A DNA stretch of 23,329 nt, from positions 1-23,329 of the forward strand of contig JBKJLC010000151.1 of assembly GCA_046597055.1 (NCBI GenBank). Direction: 5' to 3'. This DNA comes from Kofleriaceae bacterium (lineage in GTDB: Bacteria > Myxococcota_A > Polyangia > Haliangiales > Haliangiaceae). A program made the position numbers and the translations under genes. Under the pieces are notes generated by a model. The model made no database searches and had not been told where the DNA came from. It saw only the letters and a list, made by a program, of their open reading frames with translations. Shown here in pieces: positions 16,941-23,329 of this stretch. The first letter of the stretch is position 1. Each line of letters opens with the position of its first letter.

Positions 16941-17236
16941 TCAGCGGCTGCGGAGATCGCGGCGCAGCGCGCCCGTGCGGAGATCGAGGACGATCACGCG
17001 GCCGCGGTCGTCGCCGACGCACAGGCAGCGGTCGGCGAAACGCTTCGAGACTCGGGTCGATCCTTCGAGCACGAGGCGCGCGATCAGGCGGCCGGTCGGC
17101 AGGTAGTAGACGTCGATGATCTGGCCCCAGCCGTGGACGCGCGCGGTCACCGCGGCGAAGCGGCCGGCGGCGGTGACCTGCACCGCATGCGCGAACGGGT
17201 CCCCGTGATCCCGGTCGTCTCCCTCTCCCTCTCCCC
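16941..17236 (-). pseudogene. Probable C-terminal remnant of a beta-propeller-like protein
   Basis: The reading frame stays open upstream of GTG 17183 (GDDRDHGDPFAHAVQV...) into the repeat cluster. It ends with a blade-like LCVGDDRGRVIVLDLRTGALRRDLR. The 5' boundary is approximate. Confidence 0.5.
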
Positions 17237-17240
17237 ATTT

Positions 17241-17574
17241 CCGGTGGCCCTGAGCCGGCGCCGAAGGCGCCGTGTCGAAGGGCAGACCTCAGGATTGATC
17301 CCAAGTCTCCATGCGATCGGAAGCGCTCACCCTTGCCCGGTGTCCCTGAGCCGGCGCCGAAGGCGCCGCGTCGAAGGGCAGCGCGGCAAGGAGCCGCACG
17401 CCGCTCCGACGGGCTGCCCTTCGACGGCGGGCTCGCGTGCGCTCGCCCTGGCTCAGGGCCACCGGGAAGATGTGCGGGATCCTGAGGGCAGACGCACCGG
17501 GTGCAGCACGTTTCCTCGACCCTCCTCGCTGCGCGAACCCCGGCGCAGGGCCACCGGAACGTTGTGCGGGATCG
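17241..17574. repeat. REP-like palindromic repeat cluster: two direct copies and two inverted copies
   Basis: 17241-17285 and 17337-17381 are identical at 43/45 nt (CCGGTGKCCCTGAGC-hairpin-GTCGAAGGGCAG). An inverted copy lies at 17414-17465 and a degenerate inverted copy ends near 17557. The two inverted copies share the downstream TGTGCGGGATC. Confidence 0.85.
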
Positions 17575-17582
17575 TGCGTGGC

Positions 17583-18761
17583 TCAGCGCAGCAGGCCGAA
17601 CACGACCGCCAGCGCCGCCAGCACCGCGACGGCGATCATGATCGTCATCGTCGTCGACATCTCTCCGCGGCGCGCCCGACCGCGGCCGCGGAGCTGCTGG
17701 GTCGCGCCGGCGTCGGGCGCAGCGGTCGCGCCTCCGGTCTCCGCCCCCGCCGCCGCACGCTCATCCGCCGCGCCCGCGGCCGGCGATGCCGCGCGCGGGG
17801 TCGGGGCCCGCGGCGCGCGCGCCGGCGACGGCCCGAACGCCGGCTGGGTCGACGCCCACTCGGCCGCCGCCTCGGCCGCGCCGCCGGTCACCGGCTGGCC
17901 GTTGACCGTGGCTTCGTAGGCCTGCAGGACCTCGTAGGTCGAGGTCACGGTCTCGAACTCGTCGGCCGGGTCGAGGCCGTCGCCGGTCAGGTCGGCGACG
18001 ATCGCGGTCTCGTTGTCGTCGCCACCGCGATCGTTGGCGAGCGCGATCATCGCCTCGCAGGCGGCGCGCGGCTCGGTCCCGGTCATGATCGCGAGCAACT
18101 CGGCGTCGGACACCGCATTGGTGACGCCGTCCGAGCACAGGAGGAAGCGGTCGCCGCGGCGCAGCACGAGGCGGGCGATCGCGACCCGGACGTCGTCGTT
18201 GAGCCCGACCGCCTGCAGGATCACGTTCTTGCCGGGGGCGTGGCGCGCCTCCTCGGCCGACATCACGCCGTGATCGACCAGCAGCTGGACCAGGCTCTGG
18301 TCGCGCGTGATCTGGCGGAGCCGGCCCTGGCGCAGCAGGTACGCGCGCGAGTCCCCGACCTCGGCGATGAACGCCTCGCCGCCGCGCACGAACACCGCGG
18401 TCAGGGTCGCGCCCATGCCGTGGCGGTTGCCGGTCCGCGCCGCCGTGATCACGCTCTGGTTGGCCCGCTTGACCGCCGCCTCGAGCTGCTCGTGAACCGG
18501 GCCCTTGCTGTCGCTCTGGAGCGCCTTCTGCAGCGACTCGAGCACCAGCGCGCTGGCAACCTCGCCGGCCTGGTGGCCGCCCATCCCGTCGGACAGCGCC
18601 AGCAGCACGCCGCGCTCCTGCACGTCGACCGCGGCGCTCTCGCCGGAGTCGTCGAGCTGGGTCCCGCTCGCGAGATCCATCATCGCGAAGGCGTCTTCGT
18701 TGGTGGTGCGCGCCCGGCCGACGTCGGTCAGCGCGGACACCACGATCTTGACGGCGGGCAT
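17583..18761 (-). CDS. PP2C-family (Stp1/PrpC-like) Ser/Thr protein phosphatase with C-terminal TM anchor
   Basis: Start re-called at ATG 18761. TDVGRAR..NEDA, SDGMGGHQAGEVAS, MGATL, VGDSRAY, LLCSDG, GGDDNET, then an Ala-rich linker and a hydrophobic tail. Confidence 0.93.
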   Translation of the reverse strand: MPAVKIVVSALTDVGRARTTNEDAFAMMDLASGTQLDDSGESAAVDVQERGVLLALSDGMGGHQAGEVASALVLESLQKALQSDSKGPVHEQLEAAVKRANQSVITAARTGNRHGMGATLTAVFVRGGEAFIAEVGDSRAYLLRQGRLRQITRDQSLVQLLVDHGVMSAEEARHAPGKNVILQAVGLNDDVRVAIARLVLRRGDRFLLCSDGVTNAVSDAELLAIMTGTEPRAACEAMIALANDRGGDDNETAIVADLTGDGLDPADEFETVTSTYEVLQAYEATVNGQPVTGGAAEAAAEWASTQPAFGPSPARAPRAPTPRAASPAAGAADERAAAGAETGGATAAPDAGATQQLRGRGRARRGEMSTTMTIMIAVAVLAALAVVFGLLR

Positions 18762-18868
18762 CGTCGGTTCTCGAGCGCGGGCAGGACACCCGGCGCAGTT
18801 GCAACCAGCGTCGCACGGGTCCCGGGCGCCGTCCACGGGTCGGGCACTCCGGGTGTACCTTGCCGGCC

Positions 18869-19045
18869 GTGACGGACGACCGCGAGCGACGTGACCTGCA
18901 TGCGCTGGACGAGAACGGGATGCTGGTCTGCAACCCGCGCGACCGCGAGGCCGCCCACCGGGCCGAGATGGAGGGCATCGCCACCGAGCGCCACGCCGCC
19001 GTCACCTGCCAGAAGTGCCGGGCGCTGCTGCACCGGAAGCCGTGA
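18869..19045 (+). CDS. Small putative zinc-binding protein (H..C..CxxC), 58 aa
   Basis: LHALDENGMLVC...VTCQKC; GC3-rich codons; TACCTT 7 nt before the GTG. Confidence 0.65.
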   Translation: MTDDRERRDLHALDENGMLVCNPRDREAAHRAEMEGIATERHAAVTCQKCRALLHRKP

Positions 19046-19076
19046 CCCGATCGCGCGGTGCCGGCTCTCGATAGGG

Positions 19077-19841
19077 ATGATGCATTCGACCCGTCCTGCC
19101 AATGTCTGCACTTTCGCGGTGTTCGCGCTCGCGCTGGCCGCCTGCGGCAGCGGCGACGGTGGCGGCGCGGGCGGGTCCGACGACTCGCCGATCGACGCGG
19201 CCGTGCCGCCGGAGGTCGGATGTGGGCAACTGCTCGCGACCATCCGCGACTTCAATGCCAGTCACCCGGACTTCGAGGAGCCCGACGGGTTCAGCGACTT
19301 CGCGCGGCCCGGCCTGGTCGAGCCGCTCCTCGGCGCCGACCGCACGCCGGTGTACGCGCCCGACGGCGCGGTCGATCCCCACACCACCGGGGCGGCAGAG
19401 TTCGCCGACTGGTACCACGATGTGCCGGGCGTGAATCGCTCGTATCCCTACGTCCTCGACCTCGTCGAGCAGGGCGGCAGCCGGGTGTTCGACAGCTCCG
19501 CGTTCTTCCCGCTCGACGGCACCGGGCTCGGCAACGAAGGTCGCCCCCACAACTTCCACTTCTCGACCGAGATCCACACCAGCTTCCAGTACCGGGGCGG
19601 TGAGGTCTTCAACTTCCGCGGCGACGACGACCTGTGGCTGTTCATCAACGGGCGCCTCGCGCTCGATCTCGGCGGCCTCCATCCCTCGCTGCCGGGCTCG
19701 GTCGACATGGACGCGCAGGCCGCCGCGCTCGGCCTGGTCCCCGGCAACCTCTACGACATGGACATCTTCCACGCCGAGCGTCACACCGACGCCTCGAACT
19801 TCCGCATCGAGACGACGATCGACTGCTTCATCGTCCCGTGA
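19077..19841 (+). CDS. Fibro-slime (PA14-related) domain lipoprotein
   Basis: Lipobox LAA-C. IRDF..HPDFE, F.DWY.D, FFPLDG, HNFHFSTEIH, FNFRGDDDLWLFING.LALDLGGLH, IFHAERHT..SNFRIET. Confidence 0.9.
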   Translation: MMHSTRPANVCTFAVFALALAACGSGDGGGAGGSDDSPIDAAVPPEVGCGQLLATIRDFNASHPDFEEPDGFSDFARPGLVEPLLGADRTPVYAPDGAVDPHTTGAAEFADWYHDVPGVNRSYPYVLDLVEQGGSRVFDSSAFFPLDGTGLGNEGRPHNFHFSTEIHTSFQYRGGEVFNFRGDDDLWLFINGRLALDLGGLHPSLPGSVDMDAQAAALGLVPGNLYDMDIFHAERHTDASNFRIETTIDCFIVP

Positions 19842-19993
19842 GCTGACCGGCCGAGCGCCGCCCCCGAGCGCCCGTCAGGGTCGCCGGCTCCTTGGCGTCA
19901 CGGATCCCGCGCCAGCCGCACACCGACGCGCGTGGTGGGCTCGCCTGATCGTCGGCGCGCGTCACATCCGGCGCCGGCGGGGCTCCACCTGGC

Positions 19994-20845
19994 ATGTGCA
20001 TGTTCTCGGGCCCGGTCGGGGAGGTCTCGGCGACCAGCATCCTGGTGCGGCCGGTCGGCGACCGCCAGCTGCTGGTGTACCAGCTCACCCTGGTGGCACC
20101 CGAGCCGGTCGCGATGGTGGTGCCGGTGCCGACCCCGGTCGGCGCCGGCGACGACGCGGTGCGCTTCATCGATCTGGCGGGCTACCCCGACCTGTTCGCC
20201 GATCTGCGCCGTGCGTTCGCGACCTGGACCTTCGGCCCCGGGCTGTCCGCGCACGAGACGCCGCTGCCGGCGCTGCCGGTGCACCAGGTCGGCAGCTTCG
20301 TCGCGTAGTTCGTGCCGAGCCCGGCCGACTTCGGCCGGCTCGATCCCCGGTTCCGGCTCGCCGCCGACGTGATCCGGGCGTTGCCGCGCTACCGCGACTG
20401 GGGCTTCGTGGTGTTCCAGCTCGCGGGCCGGCCCGATCCCCAGACCGTGCACCCGATGGCGTTCGAGCTCACCAGGCGGTTCCCCGACCGCCTGTTCGTA
20501 CCGACCACCCACGTGCACGACGGCCGGGTCCCGCTGACCGCGAGCTTCGATCACGAGATCTACCTGCAGGGCGAGCGCGATGACGATCCGTGGGAGCGCG
20601 CGCTCGACGACGCCGGCCCCGAGCCGTTCTACGAGCTGCGCACGCCACCGTACGCGCTGCGCTGGACGGGTGACGTCAGCCTGCGGGCGCGTGGGGTCGG
20701 CCTGGCGCTGGCCGATCGCGCGACCCGGATCGTGCTCGCCGGCGTGCGCGAGAACGTCGACACCTGGTTCTCGCCCGAGCGCGGCCTGGACCGGCCCCGC
20801 CGGGCCGGCCGTCCCCGCCCCCCGACGCCGCGGCCGCGGCCGTGA
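19994..20845 (+). pseudogene. Conserved-looking hypothetical gene interrupted by a single in-frame TAG (20306-20308)
   Basis: Track ORFs 19994..20308 and 20312..20845 share a frame and read continuously as HQVGSFVA*FVPSPADFGRLDPRF. Confidence 0.75.
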
Positions 20846-20890
20846 CCGCGCCGGTCAGCGCTTGGTCATCGCCACCCTCGCGACGCCCGG

Positions 20891-22393
20891 TCAATAATCG
20901 ACCAGGTTGGCGGCGCGCCCCACCGGGCCCACCGGGGCCGTGACCGCGCCGGTGCCACCCGCGCCGCCGAGGCCGCCAGTGCCGATCTCGATCACGTTGG
21001 CGCCCGGCTCCCCGGTGGCGTTGAGCCCGCCAGCGACCACCGCGACGCCGATCGACGGGCCGCCCGCGCCCCCGGCGCCGCCCCCGCCGTGGCCGCCATG
21101 CCCGCCAATCCCACCGGCGGCGCCGGCCCCGGCGCGGTACGTGATGGCGCCGCACTGCTGCGACGGTGCGCCCTGCCGACCCGCGCTGCCGTCGGTGCTG
21201 CCGGGTCCGCCGGGATGGCCGTCGCCGCCGACGCCGCCGGCGCCGCCGAGCCCGCCGATGATCGCGACCGCCTCGACCGACAGGGTCGCGCGGATGATGA
21301 CGACCCCGAACGCCCCGCCGCCCCCGCCGCCAGTCGCGCCGCCCCCGCCGCCGCAGCCGCCCGGCGCGCCGTCGCCGCCGCGGCCGCCAGGCAGCGTGCC
21401 GCAGCCGAAACACACCCGGAACCGCTTGCTGCCACCCGAGCCACCGCCGCTGCCGCCGGTGCCGTGGGCGCCGCGCCGCCCGGGCTCGCCGGCGGCTGCC
21501 ACCCAGACGTCCTCCTCGAAGCGGCCGTCGTCGTCGGTCGCGGGCACGCCGGACCCGCCGGCGCCGCCGTTGTTGCCGTTGCCGCCGACGCCCCCGCCGC
21601 TGATGCCGTCGCTGCCGACCAGCGGGCAGGCGTTGGGGCAGTTGCTGCCGCCGGACGTGCCGGGCGCGCTGGCGCTCGCGGGATCGCCGCCGGCGTCGCC
21701 CAGCCGGCCGCTGTTGCCGCCGCAGTCGTAGGCGGTGCCGCCGTCGCCGCCCCGGACCAGACAGCTGGTGAGCGCGCCATCGTCGCCGGGCGCGCCGCGC
21801 GCGCCGCGGCCGGCCTCGATCCGCACCGAGCGGAGCTGCACCGCATCGCCGGTGTCGCGCACGCGCAGCGCGATGCTGGAGCTGCCATCGGTGCGCGCGC
21901 TCAGGTCCGCGCCGCGGAGGGTCACCCCGTCGACGACCGTGGCGGCGATCAGCGCCTCGGCGGTGACCGTGACCGGCAGCTCGCTGGTGAGCACCACCGG
22001 ATAGACCACGAGATCGCGGGTCGCGAACCCGGGCGCCCAGCCGCCCTCGAGGTCGACGCCGGCCGCCAGCGCGATCGACTCCTGATAGAGGCCCTCGGCG
22101 ATCCGCACCGCGCACGGCCCCGGGACACAGCCGCCGGCGCGCTCGATCGCGACCGCGACGTGGCGGAGCGGCTGGGCCGGGTCGCGCCCGGTGTTCGAGT
22201 CGTGCCCGTCGATCGAGACGAACAGGATCGGTGGCGGCGGGCCATCGTCCGGGCTGGCACCGTCCGCGGGGGCGTCGGTGGTCACCGCGCCGTCACCGCC
22301 ATCGCCGTCGGGGCCCGCGCCGGTGCGCGCGTTCGCGCACGCGGCCAGCACGGCCGTGATCGCGGCTGCCTGGAATATCTTCCCTCCGAGCAT
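20891..22393 (-). CDS. Lipoprotein with a DUF1565/parallel beta-helix-like N-terminal domain and a Gly-rich (PE-PGRS-like) region with Cys pairs
   Basis: GAGGAGG RBS; lipobox LAA-C; LFVSIDGHDSNTG..PLR...VRIAEGLYQESI.L..GV.LEGG; GGxGGxGG tracts. Confidence 0.85.
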   Translation of the reverse strand: MLGGKIFQAAAITAVLAACANARTGAGPDGDGGDGAVTTDAPADGASPDDGPPPPILFVSIDGHDSNTGRDPAQPLRHVAVAIERAGGCVPGPCAVRIAEGLYQESIALAAGVDLEGGWAPGFATRDLVVYPVVLTSELPVTVTAEALIAATVVDGVTLRGADLSARTDGSSSIALRVRDTGDAVQLRSVRIEAGRGARGAPGDDGALTSCLVRGGDGGTAYDCGGNSGRLGDAGGDPASASAPGTSGGSNCPNACPLVGSDGISGGGVGGNGNNGGAGGSGVPATDDDGRFEEDVWVAAAGEPGRRGAHGTGGSGGGSGGSKRFRVCFGCGTLPGGRGGDGAPGGCGGGGGATGGGGGGAFGVVIIRATLSVEAVAIIGGLGGAGGVGGDGHPGGPGSTDGSAGRQGAPSQQCGAITYRAGAGAAGGIGGHGGHGGGGAGGAGGPSIGVAVVAGGLNATGEPGANVIEIGTGGLGGAGGTGAVTAPVGPVGRAANLVDY

Positions 22394-22420
22394 CCGGTAC
22401 CTCCTCGCAGAACCGCGCTC

Positions 22421-22460
22421 AGGCTAGCAGGGTCATGGCATCGGTGAAACATGTTCTACC
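22421..22460 (-). promoter_or_regulatory. Palindromic operator TGAAACATGTTCTA (22445-22458) plus extended -10 TGcTAGCCT for the Gly-rich lipoprotein gene
   Basis: Identical at 15/16 nt to 5330-5345, with the same spacing to CCTGCTAGC. Confidence 0.75.
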
Positions 22461-22530
22461 GTCCCATCCGCCCAGCCCGGCCGGCCGGGCCGGGCGCGAG
22501 GTGCGACACGGGTCATATCCAACCCAGGTG

Positions 22531-22559
22531 TTGACGTCGCCCGCCGCGGCAGGTAGTCC
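22531..22559 (+). promoter_or_regulatory. Sigma70-type promoter candidate for the dus gene
   Basis: TTGACG-17 bp-TAGTCC, ending 10 nt before ATG 22570. Confidence 0.6.
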
Positions 22560-22569
22560 GGGGGCGCTG

Positions 22570-23329
22570 ATGCTGTCCGCCCCGCCCACGGCCGCGCCTC
22601 CGGTCGCCGCGCTGCTCGCCGCCACGCCGATCATCCTCGCCCCGATGGAGGACGTGTCCGACGCGCCGTTCCGCCGGATCTGCCGCGGCCTCGGCGCCAC
22701 GCTGTGCGTGACCGAGTTCATCCGGGCCGAGCTCATGATCGCGCGGGCCCCGGTCGCGCGGCGCAAGGCGACCCTGGCCGCCGACGACCGGCCGACCGCG
22801 ATCCAGATCTACGGCGCGGACGCGGGCCGCTTGCTCGCGGCGGCGCAGATCGCGGCCGAGGCCGAGCCGGCGTTCCTCGACATCAACTGCGGGTGCTGGG
22901 TACCGAAGGTGGTCGGGCGCGGCGCGGGCGCGGCATGGCTACGCGAGCCCGACGCGATGGTCGCGATGGCGAAGCGGATCGTCGAGACGGTCGCGCTGCC
23001 TGTCACCGTGAAGACCCGGATCGGCTGGGGACCCGAGTCGCACATGCCGATCGTCGAGCTCGCGATGCGGCTCGAGGGCGCCGGCATCGCGGCGCTGACG
23101 ATTCACTGCCGGACCGCGCAGATGGGCCACAAGGGCGATGCCGACTGGAGCTGGGCCGCGCGCGCTCGCGAGGCCGTTCGGATCCCGGTGATCGTCAACG
23201 GCGACGTCCGCACCGGCAGCGACGTCGTGCGCGCGTTCGCCGAGACCGGCTGTGCCGGCGCCATGATCGGCCGCGCGGCGATGAGTTCGCCCTGGATCTT
23301 CGGCCAGGTGAAACATTATTTCGCGACGG
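22570..23329 (+). CDS. dusB: tRNA-dihydrouridine synthase (DusB-like), runs off the window end
   Basis: Own translation: LAPMEDVSD.PFR, TEF, IQIYG, DINCGC, GAGA, PVTVKTRIGW, TIHCRT, PVIVNGDV, MIGRAA..PWIF. The family is clear; the B subfamily is less certain. Confidence 0.9.
   Translation, partial: MLSAPPTAAPPVAALLAATPIILAPMEDVSDAPFRRICRGLGATLCVTEFIRAELMIARAPVARRKATLAADDRPTAIQIYGADAGRLLAAAQIAAEAEPAFLDINCGCWVPKVVGRGAGAAWLREPDAMVAMAKRIVETVALPVTVKTRIGWGPESHMPIVELAMRLEGAGIAALTIHCRTAQMGHKGDADWSWAARAREAVRIPVIVNGDVRTGSDVVRAFAETGCAGAMIGRAAMSSPWIFGQVKHYFAT

Noticed and set aside
17241..17574. Repeat cluster as a CRISPR array
   Set aside because: Only two direct copies, others inverted, variable interiors, and no cas genes.
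20306..20308. Genome-wide TAG reassignment or pyrrolysine
   Set aside because: TAG terminates asd (11139-11141) and the EGF/Sushi gene (361-363) at sensible ends, and no pyl genes are seen.
20900..21830. Pro-rich plus-strand ORF 20907..21731 and a true mycobacterial PE-PGRS assignment
   Set aside because: The Pro-rich ORF is the antisense of Gly codons. The real gene has a lipobox and no PE domain.

Overview
Very GC-rich bacterial DNA, most likely Myxococcota. The evidence is a MYXO-CTERM-like sorting tail and many Cys-rich lipoproteins with acidic 'DA' tethers; a Kofleriaceae/Haliangiales-like source is my inference. About 23 genes or gene remnants are present. Housekeeping-type genes are a partial metallophosphoesterase, asd, an SPFH pair, a PP2C phosphatase, a glycosyltransferase and a partial Dus. 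They are interleaved with many exported proteins: a 1035-aa EGF/Sushi lipoprotein in an operon with a second lipoprotein and a small beta-barrel, a metzincin protease, two tail-collar-domain proteins coupled to an atypical SDR and a lipase-like hydrolase, a fibro-slime lipoprotein and a beta-helix/Gly-rich lipoprotein. The strongest unexplained signal is non-coding. Four intergenic copies of a 14-bp palindrome (5330, 8259, 11614, 22445) all match TnnAACnnGTTnnA, the actinobacterial KstR sterol-regulon operator consensus, and each lies upstream of exported-protein genes. Two of them share identical spacing to an extended -10. This suggests an undescribed, possibly lipid/sterol-responsive, regulon of surface proteins. 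Also seen: a 22-bp palindromic bidirectional promoter, a REP-like repeat cluster abutting a gene remnant, and a gene split by one in-frame TAG. No rRNA, tRNA, CRISPR array or transposase was recognised.
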